Shown here: piece after piece, positions 26,550 to 42,026 of the stretch
Position numbering within the stretch: the first letter of the stretch is position 1
Layout of the letters: every line of letters begins with the position of its first letter
Translations under genes and position numbers: made by a program
Notes under the pieces: model-generated
The model's input: only the letters and a program-made list of their open reading frames with translations
What the model was told of the DNA's origin: nothing
Database searches by the model: none
NCBI GenBank assembly: GCA_038496445.1
Contig: JALMLS010000420.1
Coordinates: 434,001 to 498,000, forward strand
From: Trichosphaerium sp. ATCC 40318
Lineage: Eukaryota; Protista; Tubulinea
DNA length: 64,000 bases
Direction: 5' to 3'

Positions 26550-29002
26550 TTAACTACTTTCTATGTGGGAAGATGAAATTGTCATACTGCTACTGCTATC
26601 GTCACTTGATGTCGAATCCAGGCTACGTTCAACGTTGTTTGGTTCATCAACAACACTTATCTCTTCAGGTGGAGGAGTGCTGGTTCTTGATGCTTCTTCC
26701 TCTTTCCCTACGCTTGATTTACTGGACTTCACTTCCACATCAACGACTCTAATCAGTGTTAGATCATTCTTACAAGCGAAAAGGGGCGTTTACCTCGATT
26801 GGGGATGGCTTCCAGAACTAGTGACAGTGATTCTTTTAGGAGGTTGTAGTACTATAAGTTCGATAGTAATCAATACACTTAAACCAAGCCAAAAAAAGAA
26901 ATAGTACAGTACAACACCTTTTGGGGTGTTTGTAATACCAGTCCTTTAACGTCAGTTAATACTATCAAGTAAAAATGTGAATAACATACACAAGAAGTAC
27001 ATAAAGAACGATCACAACAACTATAGATGAAATGACTGCATACAAGCTGAATATGATCTAAAAAAAAAAGTTGTTAACATCCAAAGAAGTGCTTTTTGAC
27101 CACGTGATGGATACCGATTTTGTCGAACAAGAACAATGTTTTACCAAATTGAAAAGAGGGGTAGCGTTGTGTGAAATCACGTGTTAAGTAAAGGTAAAAC
27201 AAGCCAATAAATAACTTAGTTTTTTTTCAACTTACTTTTCGAAGCTGCGTCTGTTTTTCTTTTCCATGTAGGTGCACGTTGTTTACTCTTTTCTTTAGTA
27301 GGTATAATGTAACAATACAATATGTTAATATACTTATGAAAGATATGAAATTGAGTGAAGCAATAGGAAGTGTATAAAGAAATGCCGGAATCTATCAAGA
27401 TGTCAGCGGCTACAAGCCAGAAAAAAAAACCCTCGAAACTTTCACCTTCTCAAAAGCGTTTAACAACGCAAATGTTATGTTAAATACTATCAAGAATGCG
27501 ATCCAAGCGAAGGCATACCACCTAGTTAGAACAATAAGTTAAAGCCATTGACCAGAGATGACGAAGGTATAGGATTTGTACTTGTATTTAGGTAAACTGC
27601 CTTGAATTTGGAACTTTAGAGATGCAAGTATAGCGTGCCTAAAAAGACAATGTTAGTGAAGATGGACAGTGTGTAAATTTGATTTCTGTTGTACTTACCA
27701 CCACAACGCCATTAGAAACATTGGTGCTATAACAAACGGCAAATGTTGAATAAACAAGAATCTTATTAGCCACACAGGGAAAATCTGTCTTGAACCAAAA
27801 GGATCGATTGAAAATCCAAGGAATAGGACTACACAAATATAAGGAAATAGATCCAATATAGGTGTATTTTACGCTTACTTATAGATGCTATAAGACATGA
27901 TGTAACAGCTGCAACACCAACTGACAAACGACAATCTCCGTATAATTGATAAAGTTGAAAAAGGCGAAAACAAGAGAAGCCAGCGTTGAAAACAAAATAA
28001 CATGCTAGAGATATCTGCCATACCCACATCCAAACAGATCCATACACTTCCATAAAATTATTAGGCTCTACATAAACTGTAAGTAAACAGCATACAATAG
28101 GAAGTAAAATCCGACTTCGGAGTCAAAAAGGTCGCAGAAAAAAAACCAAAAAGTATACAAAAAAAAACAGGACGTTACAAGCATGAGCCATTGTGATTGA
28201 AAAAAACTTTTTCACATTGATTTCAATAAAATCATCGAATTTGATTCATTTGATTTACGCTCGGCGTGTAAAATAACGTTTCTCTGACCTGTTATTATTC
28301 GAACTATTACTATCGATCCATTCGCTGGTTTTAAGAAGAATTCATCAAAGTCGTCCAGTGAAACACTAACTATCGGTATCGTAATACTTGAATGGTCACT
28401 TCCATCATTTGCATACATCTCCTAAACCTCATAAACAAAAATCACGTGACAAAGTTACAGTACAAGTGAGCGAACAACTTGAAAATAACAACCAGGCCTA
28501 AAACTCCTTTTTGGAAAAAAAATAAAAAATCGCACCTCTCCAATATAGCTTCGTTGGGTATCACGTGCACAAATGATTGCCCTTGCTCCCATATTAACTT
28601 CCTTCCGAAATTGAGGTTCGTAAGGTAAGGAGCATCCTCTAATGACTACAATCTTATCTCCGAAGTTATTTAGTTCCAAACAACATAATTAGTCTTACTT
28701 TGCTTGTATGGTTCCGACCTATCAACTATCTTTCCTTCTATCGGAGCGAAATTTACAGTATTACCATCATATTTTTGAACCCATACTTGTATTGTGCTGT
28801 TTAAAATGGCCTCTGGCTCTACGCCTTGCAATACTGCGGTTACAAGCGCCACAAAGGTCACTTGAGGAAAGTTAAGAATCAGCTAATCACGGGTTTTTTT
28901 TGGGTTTTTTTTTTTTGTAAAAATTCGAATTCAGCACGTGTATATCCGTAGAAGTGAATGCGGGTAGTTGATTATGTATTTAAAAATACAAAAACGGAAC
29001 AT
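26550..29002 (-). CDS. PA (protease-associated)-like ectodomain plus multi-pass (probably 7TM) membrane protein with Ser-rich tail
   Basis: Spliced signal peptide MFRFLTFVALVTAVLQG; KIVVIRGC..GARAII..ITIPIVSVS PA-like pattern; several hydrophobic exons; Ser-rich C-terminus. Confidence 0.6.
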
Positions 29003-29454
29003 ACTTCCCGTAAACAAGAGTGTTCCTTTTTTATACCTAGTAGTACTGTATGGTAGAGCGAAATCATCGACTCTGGCTCCTTGTTGTGTTTTTGTGACTT
29101 GTTTTGCTCCTAATTTTTACATTGATTGACTACTGTGCTACAAAAATGGCTGTGTCAACACGCTACAGAAACAAGAGAACAAATTTAGGCTATTCTGATC
29201 AAACTTGTATAGCCACGTGTACAAACAGAGCCAACACGGACCTGTTGAACGACGTTCATACCAATGTTCATGCCATAATTACGCTATACAGACACACGAA
29301 CGTGTTATACAGCGTCACAAAAGATTTGCACCATTCTAAAGGACATTAATTCATCGCCTAAATCATTTGTCCTACAAGGATTTAGGTAACTCAACATACT
29401 AATTTTTGACCATCAAATTCTACCACGGAGAAATACATACCAAGTCTACAAAAA

Positions 29455-30301
29455 ATGCAGCTCATAACAGTATTCGTTATCTGCTGTACAATAGCTTTAT
29501 CAAGCGCAGAATGGCCAACAGGCACAAAGCCAGCCTTTTGCCATGAATTAGGTTCGTTAGACGTTATAATTACTCTATTACTAACGTATGGTACTAGATT
29601 GCCCTGTGTTTAACGTACTTTAAATAAACGACGTAATATTTAACCTCCTTACCTCTTTAAAGGTCATTAAAACAACGTCAGCGTACCAAATACGCGAATA
29701 CATTAACAAAGAGTCATGGGTGGGAACAACGATTCAGAGCACAGACTTGCAAACCGCTATGATGACAGGTTTCATGAAAATATTTGGATACATCTCGGGC
29801 GCTAATAGTGGTATGCTTGAACCTCATTTTTCTGATACTCCTTATCGTTTTAACTCTTGTTATTATAATGTAATGATTGATTTCTATCTATAGATAATGT
29901 ACATATCGATATGACATCCCCTGTTAGGAACCATATCGTACCTGGAGAAGGTCCTTTTTGTAAATCTAATTTTACAATATCTTTCTTCAGCCCTTTCGCT
30001 TGGCAAGATAAAACACCTCCTACACCTAATGATGAAAGCATTACTATCATGACAGTCAAACCATCTAGATACGCTGTCGCTGAGTACGTAATACAAGCGC
30101 ATGAGTATATACTAACGGTTTGTTAAAAGATTCGGTGGATTTGCAATGGAAGCTGAGATTATCTCTGCAATAGAATCACTTAGTGATCAGTTATCCAATG
30201 ATGGTGTAGAATATGAAAGCGATTCTTACTTCTACGCTGGTTATGATGGACCGTACAGGGTTAAAGGTCGTCATAACGAAGTATGGAGGAAGCTTCTCTA
30301 A
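29455..30301 (+). CDS. Secreted SOUL/HEBP2-family heme-binding protein
   Basis: Signal peptide; FCHELDCP; YQIREY; GFMKIFGYISGAN; IDMTSPV; FTISFF; FGGF; YAGYDGP..RHNEVW. Confidence 0.93.
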
Positions 30302-30713
30302 GCACTTCACTCGTATTGTAAAATACAAACTATTATTTTGCTATCATTGTTTTTGTCAATCAAGCTGTGTAGAATGCCAGTTTTTTTTAAGTAGGTGTCT
30401 TTGTAGTACACACTCGATTTCATATACAGCCTAAGCACACCCTTCAACCCATTCGTCTATCTGTTTAAACAGTCCGACAAAATTGTACAACAAATACACT
30501 TCCGCGTATGAAATTTCTGTCCTACCTTGGCGCAGTACTACTCTAAATTGTGTGTTTGTTTGCTATCATAAAAACCCTTTTTTCGGGTATCTTATGAACA
30601 AAATCAAAAACTTGCGGCTGTGAAGTGAAAAAAACAAAAAACTGCGAAAACTACATCCAAAAAAAAGGCTAATTAAGGCGCGTCTTTTCAACAAAAAAAA
30701 GAGCACACAACAA

Positions 30714-31897
30714 ATGCAACAACAAGAAGATACAATCAGTTGCCTCGAAACAGACGTTTCTACGCGTGGAGATCAAATTGAACGTATCAGAGAGCGAATT
30801 GACTCAGTATCGCTTAAAAAAACGTTAATCGACGTTACAGATGACGGTATTCTTTATATTCTCGAATGGCTAGATCTAATAACTCTAATAACCGTTTCTT
30901 CCGTTTGCAAACACCTCTACACAATGTCTACGATCCAACAAAGCTACAATCCAATTCTACCTAAGATACATTCAGTTACAACAGAGTTCCAAAACAATAA
31001 GTACACACTCGACATTGTGATGGATAAGTTCGACCCTAAAATAAACTTAACGGTTAAGATTAAGACTTTTGCAAAGCAAGAGTACGATACAGGTATAAGT
31101 CCATTCTATAGAGATGTGGCACTTGGAACAGAACACGTGGTTACTTCTTTATCAGAAGAAGGACGTAATGATGCTACTGTAAAGTATTCAATTAATGTCC
31201 TTGCTTATCTTCAACAAGCAAGTGACAGAGATGTGTCAGTTATAATTGAGGCCAAAAAGAATGGAAAAACTTCAACTTCAAAACAGTACAATGTTGTGTT
31301 TGTTTGCTACTACATGCTCTATCCACCTTCGTGTTGTTTTGATGGACAAGCGTTGGTACTCATGAGCGACGGATCAAGAACGAGGGCCAAGGATATAGTC
31401 GTTGGAGATAGAGTAAGATCAGCGTCTGGAAGCATTCAAGTAGTGGAGCGCATTGATGCAACTCGTCAAAAAGTCAGAAAAAGGATGGTGTATCTTGGTG
31501 ATTTTTGGATAACACGTGGACATCCAGTACTAGTTGACGGCGAATGGTACATAAATAACATTCGCTTTCTTTGATTTTTGAATTTATTGCAAAAAGCCTC
31601 GCAGAGGAGAGATTATAAGATCTAACTTTTTTTTAAAGGTACAGACCAGATGAGTTGAAGAAGCCTGTTGAGAGGTTATCTGATGGCTTATACAATTTTG
31701 TTCTCGATGGAGAACATACTATATGTGTTGGTAAATCACAAGTATACAAATGTTGTACTCTTGGTAAGTACTGTGGTGTTCGTTTAGAGCGTTTATATCC
31801 TGCTCAAAATAAGAACTATGGAAGAAACTACTTGAAGAAAGTTGACAAAAAAGTCGGCACTGCGAGCAATGCTCAGTGTGCTGCAAAGTATCGCTGA
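30714..31897 (+). CDS. F-box protein fused to a C-terminal Vint-type Hint (intein-like) domain
   Basis: F-box LIDVTDDGILYILEWLDLITLITVSSVCK. Hint block A CFDGQALVLMSDGS..DIVVGDRV, block B ITRGHPV and C-terminal YNFVLDGEH..CCTLG. One GT-AG intron (31547-31638) restores GEW/YRPDEL. Confidence 0.85.
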
Positions 31898-32085
31898 TAC
31901 CACATATTCCAATATACATAAAAACACAACTCAAATTCAAAATACGTTTCTAGGTAGACCGTAAGGTTGTCACGAGTTCATGAAATGTAAAAAAACAAAT
32001 AAAGTTTTTTAGCCTGTGAAAATTGTTTATTGTACAAAGCATGTCCACTATACTGAGTGGTTGAATGCTGGCTATATAATTATAT

Positions 32086-33952
32086 CTATACTATTTGTGG
32101 AGAATCAGGTATCATCATCATTTTTCTAGAACGTGGTGGGTTGATTGTATAATTTTCTATTTTTTTGAGATCTATTTTGCAAGAATGTTCAATAAGTTGA
32201 TCAGTGTCCCATTTCTGTTCAGGTAATTTATTAACAACTATAACGACATTCGATGGTGTAGTATTAAGAAGTGTTTCTAAAGAAAAAAGTTAATAACAAA
32301 CAATACAAGAGACTGAACTCGAACGAACAAAAGATACAACATAAAAAACAAAGTTCGAAACAAATAGTCTTAACAAGTGACATTTGTGGTATAACTGCGT
32401 TGGCAACAACCCAGAAACTCTTGTAAAAATATGATAAGGGTATGGGCTCGAAATACGATGGAGAATTGTAAATTTCTGTTCGATAGAAGAGGTGAAAAAC
32501 AATGACGTTTTTCAACAAATAAACAGTTTTTTCGTGCCTTTGCTATAGAATAGCATGGATAGTGCTATCTTGATTAAGAAATCCATGCCTTCTACAAAGA
32601 ATATATCTAACAGACGAAATACAAGCTCAGTCTCAAACTGTTGAGTGAATAGAGTACGAAGCCAACCACCAACAAATATTTCAATATTGATTTCTAGCTC
32701 CTCAAGGTACGCTGAAAGTTTTGGTGCTATCTTCTGTAGACAGTATTTAAAGTTCTCTAAACAAGCTGGTGTCTCATCATGGAATATTTTGACAACATCA
32801 TAACGCTTTGTTATCTCCACAAATACCCAAAAAGCTGTCTAAAGCGAAGAAGGTTAACACTGATTTTCAAAAAAAAAATCACGTGTGAAATGAAAGGTTT
32901 GGCGTACTTCCTCGTTCAGGTGCATTAGAAGAGTTGCAATAATATATGACATGCCTTGACAGTATCCAACAGACGAATTAAAGTTAGCATAAGCACGTAA
33001 CACATTAGACAAGGCCAGACATCTAAAAAACAAGTCAACGAAACAATACGCTTTGGCAGCAACAATAAAAAGTCCTTACGCATCACTACCACGTGCGAAC
33101 ATTGGGTGAGATGGAAACGTTCGCGGGATATCACGATTAATAGCTTTATCAGCTTCAGTATTTGATTTCGAAGCGTACAACTAGTAGAAATAAGGAACAA
33201 CGAAGGTAATAAGACTTTTATAAAAAAAGGTTCAGAAAAACTTTCAGAATAGGTCTTCACTGCAACGTACGCCGTAAATACCAGGGTTATTACTAAGTGT
33301 CTCTGTTGCGCCACATAATGAAGGCCAAACGATCGAGCGTAACGAGTGTTTTATACCAACTCGCACTTTCTTTGTCAGCTGACACATGGCTTTGTAAGTA
33401 ATTGTTTCTCGTACTCGTAACGTCATAAAGACAGCTGACGTACCTTTGCGCCGTATACTTTTTTATCTCTGTCTTGAATTAATAACATCCACTCTTTAAT
33501 ACTCTTTTCATCTACCTGACCACCAATAGGACTACGTGTTGGGTCTGTTGTAGTTGTAGAAACTAATTTCCGTTTTTAATAAAAAGTTGTTTATTGTTGA
33601 AAACGTACGGGAAGTTTCACAAATGTCACAAACGCGTACTGGGTTCTATTTTAAATAAGAAGAGCGAAACCTTTACAAACTAGAATGTACCTTGTACCCA
33701 AGACGCAACAACTGTGACTTGTTTGATGTACAAGGGCCACAAAAGACGCGTCCACACGCCCGGCAATGATGCTAAACAAGAATTCGTTACATTGCTTCAA
33801 AACGATGTCAAATACCTTTCTATTAAACACATTAAAGCCTCTACCACATATTCTGCATGACGGCACTTCAGAATCTGTACTTGTTGTAAACATTTGTTAA
33901 ATAGAATCGGAAAAATACCTGGCTCCCACCGTGGTAGCGTAGGGCGCAACAT
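32086..33952 (-). CDS. FYVE-domain TBC RabGAP
   Basis: [35 protein letters not shown] (FYVE); [24 protein letters not shown] and WLRTLF (TBC). Confidence 0.92.
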
Positions 33953-34056
33953 TGTACTGTACAATTACAATTTATGGCTATCTTTGACTCAAGTCCGCAT
34001 TTTCGGTTTTTTTGACTTTTCTTTTTTTACCATGTCGTTAGCAGAATGATATCAAA

Positions 34057-36055
34057 ATGCTCCAATTAACTCCTTTCACAGAGGGAAGTCCCCTAGTGAG
34101 TGTTTACCTTGGTCCAAAAGGCAAATGGATGGTACTTGATCAAATAGCTAAGGTTGTGTTTAACTGGGATGTTACTGTGTTCAGACGCAAGATAATATTT
34201 AACCGTGCGTATTGTTCAGTGTAGTAAGTTAGTTTACGTTAAAAAAGAAATGACAACCGGAAACACCTATAAAATGATGAAAAACAATGACGCAAAGCTA
34301 TTACAACAACTACGCGATATTAGTATAGTGGATAAGAAAGCAAAACACGTATATCTGATATCAGTGCGTGAGGCTATCTAAAACAAAGAGTTAACAGCTT
34401 TTATTTAGGTACCGAGCCTTGGTCTGTTCATTCGAAGTTATAGCAGGCGTGCATCACTTTTTACGCGTTTATACGACACTGTGTACCAACTACAGGTAAG
34501 TACAATCAAAGTTAACCGACACAACAACATTTCCTGGTAAAAAAAAGGTCTTGCAATACTGCTCCCACTGTTACCTTTATTTTTACAGGAAAAATAAAGA
34601 GAACGCTTTTAAACAATAATTATTAAACCACTACGTCTAGTTTGGTAAAAATACTCTGGGAACGCCAAAGCGAAAAAGAACTTTGACGGCTGCTGATAAG
34701 AAAAGAGTTGCTGCCAGTCAAAGTTGGACTTGTGCACATTGTAAGCAATCTCTAAATGCTCGTTATGAAGTTGATCATATAGTACAATTTGCACATGGTG
34801 GTACAGACGATCCATCTAATTTACAGGTAACAGTTCTTTTTTTTTTTTTGGTTGAGAAATTAACTGTCTTTTTCTTTTGTTTTATGCCCACGTGGGCTTT
34901 AAGTTTTTTTTTTGTGACGTTATTTGTATTTAACGATTTTGATAAGGCGCTGTGCTCGAATTGTCACGCAGCAAAGACAGATGCAGATCTGTGTAAAGAT
35001 AGACAATCAATTCGTCAAGATGAAATGAATTTTCTAGCGCCTTTGATTTCGAGTCAAATGAACTCTCAGCGACCTTTACCTCGAAAGCCAATTATAAATT
35101 CAAGGTCATTAGATGGATTACAAGATGCTCTAGCAAGTTTTGATAATGCTGATGATGATATATCTCAAGAAAATGATGACAAATTAGGAGAAGAAATAAA
35201 AGAAAGTCAAAAAGATGAAAGCGCTGATTACGATATTTTCGATATCAACACAATGTACAAAAGTAATGATGATAGTAGTCTAAGTATAAACTTGTTTATG
35301 GATGATGACGATTTGCCAGATAAAAATAAACCAAGCGACCGTAGTGAAAAAAAGGATTCATTTAAAGACATTTCAGATAAAGACCTTGAACATCTTGAAG
35401 ACGAAGTCCAAAAAGACTTTGATGCTATTATGGGTGAATCAATTGATGAAGATGCAACACAAGTTGACCTCATCAAGCCTCAGGATGATGTATCTATGAT
35501 TGATATACCTGATGAAGACGAAGAACAAGAAGAAGAAGACGAAAACCTATTTGTTGATGAATATCAATTTAATGAAGATGACGATAAAAACGATGGTGAC
35601 TATATAGCAGACGATGATAACATTAAAAAGCCAGCATCAATACCTAAACCAAGGAAAAAACCAAAGAAGAAGACACCTAAAAAAATAGGCACGTGACCAT
35701 CTTTTTCAACCCCAAACGAAGAAAACAATAACACTATTTTAAGCATCTTAATATTATGTCATAACTGACTGTTTATTAGGTGTACAAGGCGGTAAAGTGA
35801 CAAAAAAAAAGAAAACTCCTAAAAAAAAACCTGGAACTGGATTTTCTGCAAAAGGTTTCTTTTCTCCACCTTCAAAAAACCTATCAAAGAAGAAGATAGG
35901 TAATGTAGTATTAACACCTAGAAAGTTGAGTAAATCAGAGTACGTACAAGCTTTTTAAATTTAAATAGAAAGTTCGAAAATGCTAAGTTTTCCTTAGTGA
36001 CAATAGCGATACGTCATTTGGTATGCAACTACGTAGCTCCGTAGACGCTAAATAA
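34057..36055 (+). CDS. HNH endonuclease-domain protein with N-terminal putative DNA-binding domain, acidic region and Lys-rich tail
   Basis: KKRVAASQSWTCAHCKQSLNARYEVDHIVQFAHGGTDDPSNLQ/ALCSNCHAAKT, spliced; long D/E tract; KKKTPKK repeats. Confidence 0.85.
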
Positions 36056-36368
36056 ATAGAATTGTGAAATAAGAAGGTAGTTGAGTTGTTTGCGAATACG
36101 AACACGTTATGTTGACGCCAACCTCACCAACAGATCTGGCTTACGCGGTTTATCGTGATGAGGGCGTAAAACAGTAGATTGGGGGTATTTTTTGATACGT
36201 TCCCGCTTTTCTGAAGAACCGTTTTTATTACGCTTTGTGCTGTGTAGAGTGAATTGCGTGTTCTAACCTAAGCTTTTAAAGTGTCTCGTTTCATCACTTG
36301 TGGAATTACATACTAATCATGACTTTGATTTTGTTCTTTCGTCATTTCACTGTAGTAGCACTTCTAGC

Positions 36369-38942
<2,574 letters not shown>

Positions 38943-39470
38943 GCGATGGGAAGGGATTTTCTTTTTTTTTTTTCTGTTTATGTTCATCAATATTAAATTA
39001 TGTATTATAGAATTTTCTTTTTCATCATAAGTCGATATCTAGTTAACTTTTTTTCTTGAAACTTTTTCATTTTTTTAATGTATTATGTATGTGTATATTA
39101 TATATTATGTAATTGTTGGTAGTTGGTTGGTGTGTGGCTTGGAATGTGACGAGAGTTTTTTTTTGTTTTTTATTCAGAATATATTGTTGTGATTATGTTG
39201 TTAATACTTTAGTTATAGTTGATCGGTCTAGCGGTGGTAAACAGGATGATAACGCAAAATAAGAGCGAGTGTAGATATTTTGTAAGCCAACAAAGACATA
39301 AACAATTCAACAAGTTTTACCTTTTTGCTATTGCAATCATTGCTGAACTTATTTCTTAAAACTGTTGCTGTTACATTACATGGAAAGTACATATAAATCC
39401 ATGAAGGCTTTATTATTTTTTGACTTTATATTTACATAAGAATTGGCAGTTAAGTTAATTCGTCCTTAGT

Positions 39471-40541
39471 TTAAAACATGAACTCAAAACCTCTTAGTGA
39501 TTCAGGAATACCTTCAATTTTTCGTATACTATGAAATATTCTATGAACGCCAGAAACAGCTTTGATACCATCATCTGTTATACCTTCACAATGACAAATA
39601 TCAATAGTATGAACGCCTTTAAGAGCTTTTATCCCTTCATCTGTAATTTTGTTACTTTGAGCATAAATAGTATGCACACCAGATAGAGCTTTGATACCAT
39701 CATCTGTGATACTTTCGCAGTGACTAATATCAATTGTATGAACATGAGAAAGAGCTTTTAACCCTTTATCAGTTACTAAAGTATTTGAAAGATAAATTTC
39801 ATCAACACCAGATAGAGCTTTGATACCATCGTCTGTTATGTCTTTACAACCTCGAAGATCAATGATGTGAACACCAGAAAGAGCTTTAATCCCTTCATCT
39901 GTTACAGAAGTATAGGAAAGGTCTACATCATATGCACTTGCAAGTGATTTGATTCCTTCATCCGTAATGCCTTTACTCTGTCCAAGTTTAATGGTGTGAA
40001 CGCCTTTGAGAGCTTTGATGCCTTCATCTGTAACACCATCACAACATCCAAGATTAATGGTGTGAACGCCTTTGAGAGCTTTGATGCCTTCATCTGTAAC
40101 TGGAGTATAAAAAAGGCTTATATCATGAACACCAGATAATGCTTTGATTCCTTCATCTGTAACAGTCTTGCAACATGAAAGATTGATTGTATGAACACCA
40201 GAGAATTCTTTGATCAGGTTGTGATCAATAAAGCTGCCGAGTGTGATGTAAGTATGTCGTAGAGTGGCAGAATGTTGTAAGAATATTTTAGTTTGTTCCT
40301 GAGTAGAAATGGTAACAGCATTGTATCCAATAATATCGTGAATGATAGATGCAATGTAGTGACATGTTTGACAAGCTTTAAATCGCGAGCGGAATATGTT
40401 ACGTAAAATTTTTGCTATCATCTCGACAGGAAGGTCTAAGAGGTTCTTTTGAGTAGTACTACAGAAAAGTGGCGTTTAGAACGAGCACAAGGAATATTGT
40501 ACATACGTCTGATTCACGACTTCTATGTTGTTTTTTAACAT
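39471..40541 (-). CDS. F-box/LRR protein (TDEGIKALSGVHTI-type repeats)
   Basis: LLDLPVEMIAKILRNIF F-box-like start after a short first exon, then about 10 repeats of roughly 21-22 aa. Confidence 0.85.
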
Positions 40542-40944
40542 ATCTGAGTAAGTATGAGCTTATTGTTAACGTGCTGCTTCGATCAGGTGAGTGAACTTGA
40601 ATTGAAATACGTTTACTTTTTTTTTCCTAGAATTGCTGTACTTTTGTTGACAGCACCGTAGAGGTTTGATTGAAAATATAAATGAAATCATTTGTTTATA
40701 CGTTGTAGTCACGTTTGAGCTTTATTTCAATGCTTTTAGCCATTGATTCAAAGAAATAATCGAATTTGGGATTTTTTCATGTCATGTGAGCCCAAACAAT
40801 ATTTTTTGTTTTACATTATTTTAAGTTCATTTTGAGGTAAATGGTGCATTTGGTTGAAACGTGTAATGCCAGGTAATTTTATTTTGGTACGGGGGTAACG
40901 AGTTTACGGAATTTTTGGTAGTTTAGTCGTTTTGTGTGTTACAT

Positions 40945-41906
40945 TCATACAAAAAAGTGCGTCTCTCCATTGGATACATCTGTCTGAATACGATGTCCAC
41001 TTTCAATTTCAAGTGCTTTTATTCTGCCTTCTGTAATTGAAGTGCCTGCACAGAATATAGCGTGAAATCCTTTCAATTCTTTTACGCCTTCATCTGATAC
41101 ATGCTCACAGGCTCTAATGCTAAGTGTATGATTTCCTTTTAGTGCTCTTACTCCTTCATCTGTAACTGAAGTGAGATCAAGATGAAGGTTATGAATCCCT
41201 TTCAGTGTTTTGATCCCATCATCCGTCACGTGTTTACACTTTCTAATGATAAGTGTATGGCACCTTGGAGTGCTTTCACTCCTTCGTTTGACACTCCAGT
41301 GTGACTGAGATCAATAGTATGAACACCTGATAACGCTTTAACACCTTCATCTGTTGCTTCAGTGCAAGCAAGGTTAATTGTATGAACCCCTGATAGAGCT
41401 TTTATCCCATCATTTGCAAAGTCGTGTGCGTATTCAAGGCAAATGGTATGAACTCCTGATAGGGCTTTGATTCCTTCATCTGTAACTGCTGTGTAGCCAA
41501 GATGAATGGTATGCACTCCCGACAATGCTTTAACGGCTGTGCCAGAAACGTCCGTTTCCGTGAGGTGAATGGTGTGAACACCTTGTAGTGAACTGACACC
41601 TTCATCTGTTATGTTCATACAATTATGCGTATTCAAGGTAAATGGTATGTACTCCTGATAGTGATTTTATTCCTGCGTCGCTAACCTTTGTATTATCAAG
41701 ACAAATTGTGTGGACTCCTGCAAGTTCTTTTAGATTAGAACTGTTGATAGGACCGTCATCTGTATACGCCGGTTCGTTTTCCACACGTGTAATAGTAATT
41801 ATTGTATTGTTCATAACTATTTGTACTGTTTTATCTTCAACAAATCATGAACACAAGTTAAAGTAATCTTATCATATCCAACAATATCGCGGATGATGTC
41901 AGCCAT
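40945..41906 (-). pseudogene. Frameshifted paralog of the adjacent LRR gene
   Basis: Same repeats split over three frames, with shifts near 41630 and 41260. MADIIRDIVGYD matches IASIIHDIIGYN of the intact copy. No F-box seen. Confidence 0.75.
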
Positions 41907-42026
41907 TAAACTTGGGCAACAGAAAACTTGTGCTCAACAAAATACCCAATAACGCGTATATACCATGAGACCAAGTGCACGTAATTTATCCGTCAAGTTA
42001 AAAAAAAGAAGAAGGTTGTTTTATTT

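Noticed and set aside
31326-31780. Hint domain as a true intein or homing element
   Set aside because: No terminal His-Asn + Cys/Ser/Thr junction, no endonuclease and no conserved split host protein. It fits a Vint-type Hint.
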